DNA of 63,526 nt, filler included, from Streblomastix strix (taxonomy: Eukaryota), in assembly GCA_008636045.1 (NCBI GenBank). It is 4 parts of 4 records of this genome, joined end to end, with 100 filler letters (N's around TTAATTAATTAA, not from the genome) between each part and the next. Parts side by side here need not be neighbours in the genome. Positions count along the whole stretch, not along the records: positions 31,823 to 47,624 come from SNRW01000933.1; positions 47,725 to 63,526 come from SNRW01000934.1; 2 more parts are not named here. The stretch is one strand, 5' to 3'. Shown here one piece after another: positions 42,569-56,100 of the stretch. The translations under genes and the position numbers were made by a program. The notes under the pieces were generated by a model. It had not been told where the DNA came from, made no database searches, and saw only the letters and a list, made by a program, of their open reading frames with translations. The number at the start of each line of letters is the position of its first letter. The stretch's first letter is position 1.

Positions 42569-44616
42569 ATGGAAGAAAGTTCTGAGCGGACAAACAGAAA
42601 TTCTGTAATTGCAGGTGCAACCAACATCGAAGGAATTGTTTGAATATTTTCCATTTATTTTTAGTAGTTATTTACATTCAAATTTAAATTTTTTAAAAAG
42701 GCAAATATTCCGCAATTAGCTACTGATCTTCGGTCCTCTAATAGAGATTTACATTATCCTGCACTTTAGCGGCTGTTGATTGCAATTGTGATGGGTTTAA
42801 ACTCACAATTTTGATTTAATTTAAAATCTTATTTTTTTTAAAATATATTTTTTTTACCGCTCATAAAACTCAAAATTTTCTTTATTTTTAGATTCATAAA
42901 ACATTGAAGTTGTCATTTAATAAGATATTATTGGAAGTCTATCCAATTTTCTTGTATCTGAAGTAAGACCAGAGATTCAAGTTTTTTTTTAATTTTTTTT
43001 CTAGAATTTCTATTTTCAATCAATTATATAGGAACTGAGTAGTGCAATTATTGGAGTGCTAGGAGTCCATGGCTTACGTCGAAAGAAACATAGTCGTGCT
43101 TCTTCGAGTAGCTGGGCCCTTATTCAGATTATTCTTGTTTGGAAATTTTTTTTAGATTTTAATTAAAATATTGTTTTATTTATGTTCAGAATTCAGATGA
43201 AATTCTTTCTAGATAAGGAACCGAAGCGTTGTGCAAATTGATTGTAGCTGATGAATAAATCCGTGATGTAATGCTTTCAAGACGATTCGTTGATCTTGTT
43301 CTTGAAACTTTGACTGATCAAAAATCAATTAAGAAACAAAATTCATCATCATCATCAGAATAAGAAGAGGAATCTGAACCTATCTTTGTGAAAGTTGGAT
43401 TACTTACTGTAGTTCAGAAGTTGGCTGAAGAAACTGAAAATCCAATAATTATTGGCGCTTTAATACCAATATTAGAAGAAATTAAAAAGAATGGAGAAAA
43501 AGAAATGATGAAAAAAGCCAGGACAATTTTAGGATGTTTACGAGAATAAGAAATCACAGCTCCATAATCAGATGAAACAAATGAAAGAAATGAAAAGGTT
43601 TGATAATTGGAAGAAATAAATCGGAGACTCGAAGAATAACTTCGAAGGAATGATGAAGAAAAAGAAAGAGAAAAAATAGAAAAAGAAGAAAATAAAAGGA
43701 AAATTGCTGAACTTTAGAGAAAAGATGAATAAAATAAAAGAAAAATCATTGATCTCGAGAGATAACTTGCAGATTCAAAATCAATGCCCATCACTAATAG
43801 CCAAAATGCTTCTTAACCCAATTCAGATGAAATTCCAATTTCAATCACAGTTCCATCTGGATCATATAAAAAGAAAGAAGCAGAATTCACTTACACATCA
43901 ACAAAGAAAGAATATAAGACATTCCCAATTAGTCCAGCAATTTCTAATGGAGTTTGCAGATGCGAAATGAAGTTAATCAAAAAGGGAGATAAACGTTTGA
44001 TTATATTTTTCTTAATTGAATTTAATTCATTTTGTTTTAATAATTATTCAGATGTTGGTGTTATGAAGTCTGGATTGAATGTTCCATTTGACAAGTTCCC
44101 AGGCCATGAACCTTGTATGATAATTTTTTCAAATATATAACTTTTTTTTATTAATATTTTATTTATTAATATTTTACATCTATTTTGTTCAAATTGTTAA
44201 GATTGCAGGGATAGCACTGTATTTTACAAAATGTATTTAAACTTAATTTTTTAGACAAATTAATTTTGTTATCATTGTCTAGTGGAGACGTTGGTTAATT
44301 TTCTTAATATACTGAAGGGAACCAATAAATGAAAGACGGGGATCTGGTTTCAATAGAAGTTAATATGGATGCAAAGCCACGAACTGCTCATCTGTTCATA
44401 AATGGGCACTAATAACCTGTCTTTGTTTCTGGATTGCCTGAATCTATTCAATTTTGGGTTTGCATTTTAATTGGTTAAATAAATTAATTTTTGATGATTT
44501 TGTATAAGTTCTTCTTAAATTGGAAAGATGATTAAATTACTGTTCTTTCCCTAAAGAAATTGACTTCATCAAGTGTTGCTTAGATTCCCAATGAAAAAGA
44601 GGTGAAGTGGGGATGA
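42569..44616 (+). CDS. ARM-like plus coiled-coil plus C-terminal SPRY/B30.2-like protein, multi-exon, one internal TGA
   Basis: C-terminal VGVMKSG...GNQQMKDGDLVSIEVNMDAKPRTAHLFINGHQQPVFVSGLP...VKWG; in-frame TGA 43601-43603 within the coiled coil. Confidence 0.72.
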
Positions 44617-45441
44617 AAAGTGACCAATTATTACTTCTACCCCATAAGAATTATGTACATAAAATTGATTGATACTATTAAATAAAAAATAAACGATTTA
44701 ATAAATTTCAAAAGATCTTTTTTTTCTAATTTTATTCCATTATCATTTTATATTGGCCAACCATTAATAAATTCTTTCAATAAATATTGCTGGATAATTG
44801 TTCTAATTGTGTAAATAAATTATCTCTTTCCGCATATTAATATCTATATTTATCATCGAAGAATGCAGCAACTAATTAGCTATAATGTATTTGTAATTCA
44901 ATACTTACTTTCACAATTAGATAAAGTGGATCAATAATCTCATATATTGCTTATAAAGAATAGTCATTTAACAGATGGAAGAAAAATTATTGATTACAGA
45001 ATTAAATTTTGATATATAAAACAAATTAAAATAATTTTCATTAAAATAACTATTAGTGTTGTTGTATTAAATATACTATTAAACCACAAAGAATTTCAAA
45101 AATAGACTAATGCAATACATACTAAAGAATAATTAAAACTAGTAATAAACTCGTTTATGAAAAGAAAAATAATCTTAAAATTGTTAAAAGAATATTTAAA
45201 AAAATAAAATTAACATAAAAAGAAGATGCTAAAAATAAAATTCTTCTAGAAAATGAAATAATAAATATCAATTTAAGTGATTGTAAATAAAAAATATTTA
45301 ATCTATTCATAATAAATAGCAAAATTAAGACTTGTTAAAATAACATTTATTATAAAATAAATTAAATCATAATATTATCATTGAAAATCAAATTCTAAAG
45401 ATGTTTCAACGAATTTAAATTAAAAAGAATCATATTTTGAA

Positions 45442-47070
45442 TCAGTGATCGATTCTGGCTGACAGAATATGCAGAATCTCATCAAACAGACGAGAAAATG
45501 TTTCCTGCTATATCCAAGTATCGAAATCAATTGTTTATAAGAATAATGTTTCTGATTCGTTTAAGATTCTTATAGGAATAGCAAATATTCGAGCGAAGCA
45601 GCTGTTCTTATATACAATATCTCGATGAATTTTCATTGTAGCAATGAAAAGAACAACAAGAAAAGTTTCAATGGGTAAAAATTCGCCCTTTCTGGAAAAT
45701 GCTATAAAAAACCCCTGAGGGGTCATTTTTGAGTTAATAATAAATTGTTAATCTATGACTTCGGACTCATAGGTTTTTGAAGTCTTTCATATATGTTAAT
45801 TGAAAATTTATCAAGAAACATGTCAGGATTATTTTTTTGCAAAGAATCACAAGTTTTAAGAATTAAGATTGAATTGTATGTTAGTTGTATTAATTTAACT
45901 GAATTTTACAAAATTGATAAGATTTTTAAGTTTAAAAAGGTATTTTTGGCCAAGAATGATGACAATTTCCATAAGCTCAATTTTCACGTACTGTTATGCC
46001 AACAGTTTAGTTACAATTTGCTTAGCTAATATTATTTCTTTTATTATTTTGCATATTTAAAGTTATTATAATAACAATTGTCCATATTTTTTTACTTGAT
46101 AGCCACGAATTCATGTTGTAAAATATCAGTCATAAAACTCATGTTTCTAATTGAATCGTTCATCCATACACTTTTAAAATTTCGTTTATTTAATAAATAT
46201 ATTTTTAAATCAGATTTTATACAACAATTATATATTTTTAATTATTGGTAATCGAGAAATTCTAATCGCGATAAAGAAATTGCGCACTGGCCTACAAAAA
46301 TTCTCAAAACTTTTATTTTTTACTTTTTCGCTTTTATTGTTATGCGACATATCAAATAAATATTAAATTTTCAAATTATTTAAACTTTTAAAAATCGAGC
46401 TGTTTTTTCTAATTTTCTGTTCCAACTTCATCTCTGATAATATTTTATTGAAACGATATATATTTTATTTCGTTTGCCCCTCGTTCAAATAGTTTTCCAG
46501 AAGATTGGATATATTTAAACAATTACTTATCATAAAAAATTTCCAATTTTTTTATCCAGATCCAAGCATTATTGAGTAATTTAATGCCTTGAAATTATTT
46601 AATTTGAGGGGCGAACCGCACATTTTCTGGATCATTTTCTTAATTTCAACCTCATTATGTATATCGCGATTTCCTCGAAACGATCCGTCAGGGGTTTTTC
46701 CAGAAAGCGCGAATTTTTACCCAATGTTATTCGCTTTTAGAATTTGAACACCCTTCAAATTTTATTTCTATACGAATCTTTGTAGAAGAGCTATCGCAAT
46801 GATGCATTCTTCAATAGATAAACAAGCATTCACCTTCAAAAAATTGAGGAAATTTGCCAAATTCGAAATTGTGACATTTGAACCTGTGCCTGGAACATGG
46901 ATCTCCAAATTCTTCAAGAGCTCTTGAGCAATCAATTAGAAGTAGATATCAGCTACATTGACATAAAGTAAATTGTCCAGAATACAATTGTCGTCAGCAA
47001 TCTCAAGTTTTTTATTTCGAACTTTCATTTCATTGCTTGGATTATATCTTCCCTCATTTACAATATTCAT
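45442..47070 (-). CDS. PHO80/Pcl-like cyclin interrupted by a TIR transposon
   Basis: N-half ...FLKVNACLSIEECIIAIALLQRF...ILKANNI and C-half IETFLVVLFIATMKIHRDIVYKNSCFARIFAIPIRILNESETLFLQTIDF join in frame into one cyclin box when 45673-46722 and one TSD are removed. Confidence 0.82.
45673..46722. mobile_element. 1050-bp non-autonomous TIR DNA transposon with 3-bp TSD (PIF/Harbinger-like termini)
   Basis: Left TIR GGGTAAAAATTCGCCCTTTCTGGAAAA, right TIR TTTTCCAGAAAGCGCGAATTTTTACCC (26/27 match), inner AAAAACCCCTGA/TCAGGGGTTTTT; TSD AAT at 45670-45672 and 46723-46725; no transposase recognised. Confidence 0.92.
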
Positions 47071-47624
47071 TATGTATTAATCTGTAAAATAAAAAGTAGA
47101 ATAAAAGTAAATAATTTTTATTTTGATTTTAAATATATTTTGTTGGTAAATTAGTCTTTATTTTTATCTCACTGTATGGTAAAAAATAGAAAAATTAAAC
47201 TATTAAAAATAAATAGTTTACCGCTTGTGTTCATTTAATTTAGTATTAATTCGATTATTAAACCTTCAAAGTTTAGAAATAAATCAGAGGTTTTATTTAA
47301 TGGAAAAATTAAATAGGATTTCAATATGAATTATCAATGTCTCTAATAAACCGTCACATCCAAAATTAAGCATGTTAAGAACAACTTTTTTTGGCCCAAA
47401 TTGTCTGTCCAAGATTTTTGAAATGTCCAAGCATTGAAAATGCTAAAATATATATATCAATAATTAGAAATTTAAAGGACTTCTTTTTGTATATTTTTTT
47501 TAATTGGTTTACCGAAATAATGTTCATTATATCAATTTCTAAGTATATAAAATACTGATTTTGTATATAAATATAAACGTTTTATTATATTGATTTAAAT
47601 TATCTTTTTATTCTTTATTATTCA

Positions 47625-47724
47625 NNNNNNNNNNNNNNNNNNNNNNNNNNNNNNNNNNNNNNNNNNNNTTAATTAATTAANNNNNNNNNNNNNNNNNNNN
47701 NNNNNNNNNNNNNNNNNNNNNNNN
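47625..47724. other. Artificial contig linker
   Basis: N-TTAATTAATTAA-N 100-nt spacer. Confidence 0.97.
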
Positions 47725-49241
47725 ATATGTTACTTTGCTTATAAATAAAACAAACTTCTGTAGCATCTTATTGAGCAGCATATATCCAATGGTCGTCATG
47801 TTTAACTATGCAAAGCATCCACATTAACCATTGCACCTTGATATTAGACATATTAATATAATAAAATTATAAAAAATATAAAAATATAAAAATATAATTA
47901 AATTAAAAAAGAAAATAAATATTAGTATAGACATTATTATTATATCAGTTTTATAATTAACACCTTTGTGGGACTAACAAGCGGAGTAAGAGAAATATAA
48001 TCATTGGATGCTTTTGATTTCTCACTTTTATCATTAACATCTTTGTCATGTTTATCATTTTCTATATTTAATTCTTATTTCTATTCCTATTTCTATTCTT
48101 ATTTTAAATTCATTTTTTATTCATTAATATCACTTTCTTCCTCTTATACTTCCACTCCAATCGCTTTTCTTACTATCTATTCACCACCTCTGATATCAAC
48201 CATCACATCAATTAGTGCTTTGAACAACAATTCCTGTTTCCTGTTCTTGTTATGCCCCTTCTTATGATGGAAATTTTTCTTTTATTCGATTACAGCATCT
48301 TTATTGTATTCCACTAAGTTTGTATCTTTTCCATTCAAATTATCACTTTCGAGGTTTTAAGTATTATTATCAATCAATCCAACTGTTTATTTAATCTTCA
48401 ATTATTCATTAATTTCTTCCTTCTCTTTCTCTTATTCTATTTCTTCTTCTTTGTCCATTCTTTTTTCTTCCTCTTCCATACGCTTCTTGTTTTAGATAAC
48501 TGCTATTCCACGGCTAAATGTATCTGGAATGGGAATATCTGATACATCTTTTTCTTTCTCATATTTGAGCCCATTTTCAATTACATATTGGAGGAGAACT
48601 TTAGAAAAGGGTAAAGCGTATGTTATAGCTTGCACAGCTGCACCAAGATAGCATGAGTTCCCTACATTTGGAATAGATTGAGATGGAGCAGACCATAATA
48701 TCTGATCATGTGCGATTGGTACAGCTAGAGAGTCAGGTGTGAAAGAAGATGCAACTGTTGGAGCAATTGATAAATTAGACGAAGATGGTATTTCACTTCC
48801 ACTGGGTATCATGTAGTTTCGAAATTTAACTTATATTCTAGGCCTAAATAGTAGTCGTTTGCGTGATATAGATGTTTATGAATTTACTTAATCCAAAGAG
48901 TTCTGTAATATTTTTTTCGATTCAGTATTTGAGTCTGTGAATGCGTGAGTATAAATTATAGGTTGACGAAGAATTACTATATTCTTTTTATCCTTATTTA
49001 TTTACTCTTTTTTCGTTTCAGATTTAATTGGTTAAGTTGGATGAGTTTCGAGAAAATCTCTTGGTATAGTTTAAGGCTATGTATTATCGCTTGAGATTTA
49101 TTGAATGATTTAAGGTATTATAAGACTGGTTGATCTACGTCTAAATTATATATATGGTTTATTTCTATTAGAAATTTATGTGTCGAAAGCGTGAATTTGC
49201 ACTTTTGGTGTTTATAGTATTGTTCGTACTTCTCTGTGCAT
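47725..49241 (-). CDS. Ubiquitin-specific protease (USP/C19), N-terminal part, truncated
   Basis: Cys box SIPNVGNSCYLGAAVQAI and, after an intron, QQDATE (second Q encoded by TAA). Confidence 0.85.
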
Positions 49242-49405
49242 CACTTTACCTTATTAAATATAAATCCAATCAGAATGAATATAAATTTAATAAAAATTAA
49301 ACTTCAGTCTCAAACCGCCTTATAATGGCGGAAAAGCGCAAATTTTGGTAATGAAATAAAAGTTTAAAATCCATGCGAATGATTAATGATTTTATTAATT
49401 ATTAA

Positions 49406-50668
49406 TCATAACTCACTTTTATGATCATTTTTCAAAGATGAATTGTTTGTTTGCTTGCCATCCTCGGCAAAAAGCAGTTCAGCGTAATTCCTCTGCTGCG
49501 CACTGAGCTCTTATGGGAAAATGACATGAAATTTGACATGGAGATCTCCTCTTATGCCGAACCTTACATTGTCCTTGATTGGCATCCCTTCACCAGGCAC
49601 AATAACTTCAGTTTCCCCTCCTGTGCATTTCCCTCTTCTATCAATCTTAATCTCGCGCCCATCAAGATGCTTGAAAAAAACCTCACATCCAAGAAGAGCC
49701 TGATTATGAATTATTATTAATCATATATTATATTAATATATAATCAAATAAATATTATAGGATGATATCTCATACGTCTTTAATTCCAATTGTAACTGTT
49801 GTGTATAAATCATTAACTTTCCTTATAAATCGTGGATCCGGCTTTTCTTTCACTTTCAGAATGAGTTTCCCCGTCTCGATATCAGGTCCTTAATCAGCCA
49901 TCCCCTAGTAAACAAACTCCTCGCCTTCCTTCACGCCCTGATCAATGAACACAACCTACCTTTCTTCTGCAGCAACATTTCCATCACCTTTGCATTTGTT
50001 GCACTTCTTACCTACAACTCTACCAGATCCACCGCAGCTGTCACACGGTTTCTGGAACTGCATCATCCCCAGGGGCGTCTGCTGCTGTTCCATATACTGA
50101 CCTCGTCCTTGGCATTTTGGGCAGAAAGTCATTCCATCACGTTTTGCGCCTGTACCACTGCATTTGGGGCAGATTATACGTCTCACTACTCCAATATCAA
50201 TTGCTGCTCCTGTGAATATCTCGTCGAGCTCAACTTCTATGGGAACTATTATGTCGGATCCGGGTTTTAGCTGTTTCTTGCTGTTACCGCCTGGTTGGTT
50301 GTTATTGTTGTTGAATCTGCTGAATAACTGTGAGAATAAATCTTGTTGTTGCGCGGGTCGAAGATGCCTCTGGTCATATTCTCTTTTTCTCTATGGGTCC
50401 TGCAGAAAATCATACGCTGCATGACATTAAGTATGTAAATATGAGTAGATGTTTAAAAATACAAACCATCGCTAATCGATGCAAATTTTTTCTCGGCTTC
50501 CTCAAGAGTTAAGTCTTTGTTCTTGTCAGGATGGTACTCTAATGATAGTTTTTTGTATGCTTTTCTGACTTCGTCTTTACTTGCACCCCATTATAATCCG
50601 AGTACCTCATAATAATTAATTTCTTCACCGAAAAACTATGTAATAAAGACGATTAAGAATATGAACAT
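49406..50668 (-). CDS. Type I DnaJ/Hsp40, probably ER-luminal (Scj1-like), 3 exons
   Basis: Short hydrophobic N-terminus, J domain with YHPDKN, four CxxCxGxG repeats, C-terminal domain (GEGMP, GDLHV), ends HKSEL. Confidence 0.92.
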
Positions 50669-51180
50669 GCGAGGCGATATCTAAGAGGTTAAAAAAATGA
50701 AATATAATATAAAAATAATATAAAAAATAATATAGTTAAATTTGTTTGTTAACATAATTATATGTTAGTGCCAATCAATGAATAATATTGCTTTAGAAAA
50801 AAAATCAGTTTCGTTTGATATCAGAATAAAGGTACTTGTAAATATTAAAAAATGAAATTAAAGAACGTTATTCTAAAAAATTTGATAAGAATACATATTT
50901 TATTTGAAGGAGAATATAAATACTGGTGAGAAATAACTGTTTTTAATTTCTGCGCTTTTTCCTCTTTCTGTACAAGGTTAATATTCATCAAAATGGTGCA
51001 ATAATATAAAAAATAAATATGTATGTATTTTTAAATAAGTATTATTTTAAAAGAATATCTAAAGAACAAGGAAAAGGAAAAACTACGCAGTTTTTAAATG
51101 TTTACAGGTAGTTAAATAAATATTAGCGTTGAAATAATTAAGTTAAAAATATTTTTATTATTAAAGTTAAACACATTCCA

Positions 51181-52451
51181 TCAGACTTTTATTTTGAATG
51201 CCTCTTCGTTTTTAATATCAGCTTGTCGGCTATATGACTAAAAATATTATAAATATAACATATAAAATTAAATAATAAAATAAATTCAATCTAACATATA
51301 CCAAATCCATTCACATATATCTAATATAATCGCATACATCCTTAGCATTCTATTTCAAACCATCCCACCTCCTAATCAGCTCCATCTTAATCCTCTGATC
51401 GTCCCAATCCGGCTGCTCATTCGCAATAACAGGGTAGAAAACCTCATTGTACACTTTCTGGCCAGTGTATGTCTACGACCTCAGGAAATACCTCTTTGGT
51501 GAGAGGGGTTGTGTTGCTTTAAGTTTTGTTGGGCTTTAGATGGACAATGTTTTGTTTTTGTTGTTTAACGGGGATGTTTCGTAGACTTCGGGGATTTTGA
51601 GGTCTTTGGATGTTGTGTCTTGACTTTCAATGTCTTAACTGTCAATATCTTTATTAACAATATCTTTATTAACAATATCTTTATCTAATCTCTTGATTAT
51701 CTTTATTTTCTGTATTTTCGGTGTATTTTGTGTTTCTTTTTATCCAAACCCAATAACTCTAATTAACATCAGAATTGGGAATACTATATATGATCCATAT
51801 GTAGATAATATGATCATCAGATTACCAATGCTACTATTATCTCCATATATTTCTTCTGAGAGAATACAAGCTACAATCATTAGCATTGCAGATCCCCATA
51901 TCAAACATAATTCATTGATGAATTTGCTTCTCCTGATGTATGTGAATATGGAAAAGGCATAAAATGGGCCAAAGAGCAAGACATTGATCTGGAATGAATA
52001 TAAAATTAGAATTATTGAATAAAATTGTGAATTGTGAATTATTAAATATTACGTATAATGTTAATATGATAAGATTTTATCTTTTACACACCCAAATTGA
52101 TATTCTGTACCATAAAGGTCTTGCAATAAGCAAGTAGTCATATATATAACCATAATAATGAATAACTTCTAAAATATGGAAATAAAATATAATAAAAATT
52201 AATATGGAAATAAAATACGTTATCAAACTAATTAAAGGTGCAGGTGGCCAGATAGGTTGTGTAAAATTATTTGGATCCTTAATAATTAACTGTTCAATAT
52301 TGATACTGTAAATAATCTTTGAAAATAAAAAAAAATAAAAAATAAGAAGAGAAAAAATGAAGAATAAAAATATTAAAATCATTACCAAAAGATTTATTGC
52401 AAAGAAACCGACGAATACAGCATCAATAATTTTCTACAAAGTAGTTTTCAT
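51181..52451 (-). CDS. EXPERA (TM6SF/TMEM97/EBP-like) membrane protein with a C-terminal HMG-box-like domain
   Basis: Four hydrophobic segments with WPP, YG...D.LL.ARP.W, LLFGPFY, ILSEE; tail FYPVIANEQPDWDDQRIKMELIRRWDGLKQNAKD|SYSRQA across intron 51238-51337. Confidence 0.7.
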
Positions 52452-53159
52452 CTAAATATTAAAGACTAATATATGGAAAAAAAAATATAAAAATAAAATA
52501 GTTCTTTAAAATAAATGAGAAAAATTGAAATAAAGTTTGAAGATATCAATTTATTAATTTAATGCGTATGTTACTTTTATTTATAATATTTTTACAGATA
52601 TCTTAATTATACACATAAATTTGATTCAAAAATAAATAAAATATTTAGCATAAAATAGAGTAATAATATAAAAGAAAACGAAAATTAATTTTTTTAGTAG
52701 TTTAATGCAATTCAGTTCATTGATTAACAAATAATGGCAATTTTTTAATTTATTTAAATAAATTGAATATAATTTGGGTAACAAACTTAGATAGGGTAGT
52801 TTGCTAAAAGCTGGAAATTTAGGTTGAGTTTTCTCAAGCAATGGCAATATATCAATCAGAATCAATTCTTCCCCCTTATCTTTAAAATACAAGAGATGAT
52901 ATATATAACGTGTTTCTCATTTTTTTTTTATTTTTTGTTGAGTTATTCTACATTTTTATTATTTAATTCAGAATACAATAAAAATTAACTATATTTTAAA
53001 CCATTCTATTCAATTTTATATTTTATATTATTAATTACCAATATTTATCCAAAACTAAACATTTAAAATTTCTTATACATTAAATCGCCTTAAACTCCAG
53101 AAATAAATTGATATATATTATCATACTTAGAATATTAAACTAATTATTTTTGTATTAAG

Positions 53160-56100
53160 ATGAATACATCAAAGCGAACATCGCCTCCACCAAGTGGGAA
53201 AAAACAGGCAGTTTAACCTACATAATCCAAAGTTATAATTACTCAAGTAACATCTGGTTCGAAATAAGGTGGATAATCAGTTTCTTAACAATAATCTGCA
53301 TCAAAACAAACATCTATACCACAAACAAAGTCGAAAGAATTGCTGAATAAACCTACAGATAAACCGAAATAATAATCAATACCACTAACAAAATCGAAAG
53401 AATAATTGAATAAACAGTCTCAACCAAAGTAATCATCACTACCTTCAACTTAATTAAATTAGAAATTGAATCCTCCTAATAAACCAAAACAACTTTAATC
53501 CAATCAAAATCTTTCCAAAGTTGAAATTTCAAAACCGAAGTAATTAACCAGACTCAATTCACGTTCAGTAACTCCGCCTCCAGTTACAAGACATTCAGAA
53601 TAAAATCAATCAAATATTCCTTCTAAAACAAAACCAACATAACAATATGCATAAAAAACTAAAGTATACAATTCTAATTAGACAAAATAGTAATAATAAA
53701 TAAAAGTTGCTTCTAAACCAAAGTAGAAACTTAGCAGATCAAACAGTTTCACAGATACAGAGAATTTAGGAGATTAATATTAAGACTCGAATATATTCAA
53801 ACTGTAAATAAAAGACCAAATAGAACAGGAGAAACTTATTCGCCTTCAGAAACAGGAATAAAACAAATAAGGATCTGGAAAGGAAAAATAAGAATAAGAA
53901 TAAAAGAAGAAAGAAGATGAAAATATGTTCAAAGATTATTAACTTCAAGTTCAGCTTTATTAAGAATTGATCAAATTTGCAACTGAAGAAACAGAAAAAA
54001 TTAAAAAAGCAGAAGAACAACTGAAATAATAACAAACTAAATAAAGTGATCTGAAGATGCAAATTATCGCTAAAATGAATATATTCACAAAAGAATGGAT
54101 GAAAAAAGCTAAAAAAAGCGAATAAGAAAAACAAGAAGAAGAACAACGAATAACTGAAGCTGAAGAAGCAGAAAGATCTGATCTTCTCTGAATAATGTAA
54201 GAAGAGGAATTAAAAAAGAAATAAAAGAAAGAATAAGAACAAGATCGTATGAATCATGAGAAGTAATTTGACAGATGGAAAAGATTTGCTTTAGAAGTGA
54301 GAAAGAAAATGGCATTAATTGAAGCTAAGAAGAGTAAACAAAGAGACAATTTCCTCAGAATTAAGCAGCTTGATTCGGACAGAAAATAAAAAGAAGAAGA
54401 TGAAAGAAAAAAATAAATGTTTCGTGATGAACTCAAATAGAGTAAATTAAAAACTACTTTTGTATAACATTTTGATTCTATACTTAAAGATTCTTCGTAT
54501 TTCCATTCATAAACATTCCCTCAATGGAATAGTGCATAACATTCCATCAAAGCATCAACATAATAAACAACTTTATTCATGTCATCTTATTAATATCAGT
54601 ATTAATTCAAAAGAAGCGATTATTAACCAGAATTACTTAGACCTAAAGATATATATGACAATAGTAAAGATCAAATAACTGTTTTCAGTAAAAGTAAATA
54701 TAAAGAGAGATGGAATCTGATTGAATAAGGACAAGTCGGAGATTGTTCATTGATTAGCTCAATCATTGCAATGCTTAATATGGAAGAGAAGAAGAACCAA
54801 CAAATTGTCACAGATAAGCTCTATCCAAAAGGACCAGATAATTATGGAGTGTATAACTTAGATGGGCATTACATACTTAGATTGTTTATAAATGGAGATT
54901 ATAGAATGGTTGAGATTGATGATATCATTCCATGCTAACCCAAATAGCCATTCGAAAGAGGAGATACAAGGCCCAGATAGATTATGGGCTCTAAATCCAA
55001 ATTAAATGGAGAAATATGGATCAGTTTAATTGAGAAAGGATACCTGAGTTTGTTCAATGGGTATTAATCGAGCTCATTAAGTTCTGCAGAGGTTATCTAT
55101 TCATTCAGCAGGTGGATACCCGATAATTCATGGGATCTGAAGTAGATCTTTCATAACGACTTCGAATGGAAGAAACTACTGAGAAGAATCAAATAAGGGA
55201 ATATTCTTATGCTTATCAACATCCCTATGAACAGATTCAGATAGAATTTCGATCAAGGATTAGGGCTATACTCCAATCACGGATACGCAGTAATTGATGC
55301 TGTTGAATCTGGGAAATAACGCCTCTTACGTATTCGTAATCCTCATGGCAAAGAAGTCTATCGTGGGAAGTTCAGTTTATGGGATAATTAGTCTTGGACA
55401 GCAGAATTGAAGAAATTGACTAATGTTACAACTGTTAGATCTGAGAATGAATGCATTCAGGATGGAACATTCTGGATGTCAGTTGATGAAATCGAGTAAT
55501 ACTTTGATCATGGGAACATATCTTGGAATCCAGATCTTCTTAAGTACTAGGATGTGATTCATTTTACTTGGAAAGAAGAACATTATAGAATGGGGGTCCC
55601 TGAATAACGAAATCGATACGCACCACAATTTCTGATGTACAGGAAATCGAAAGACCAAAAAATATGGCTTTTGCTTAATCGTCATTTCTAAGGGAAGAGT
55701 TCAATATAAAATAACTAAGAAGAAGACATCTATATAAACATTCAGTTCTGTAAACACGACAACCCAAATGAAGCTCCCTACTTCAGCAGAGTTATAAACA
55801 GACATGTTGGGAAATTCATTGAAGCCAATTATACGAGTTCGAAGTTCCATCTTCTACAAATAGGACTCTTTGATGAAGATATTCATCCAACTGATCCAAG
55901 AGAGAGGAATTTAGCTGAGAAATAGTTTGAATTGGCACAAATTCAGCATTTTTCAAAAGATTATACAGGATTTTTCACAGTCAGAATTGGCCTATACAAA
56001 AATCTTCTTCGCACAAAAGGAGATCTCAGGTTTAGTCTGTTTGTATATTCAGATCAAGAAATTGTGAACCCCATATCTCGAGTAAAGATCAACCATGAAG

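Noticed and set aside
45753..45772. Small hairpin with CTTCGG loop inside the transposon's left end
   Set aside because: Short, bulged and single; function cannot be supported without other copies.
45730..46680. Transposase inside the TIR element
   Set aside because: Only short or stop-interrupted frames and no DDE motif recognised.
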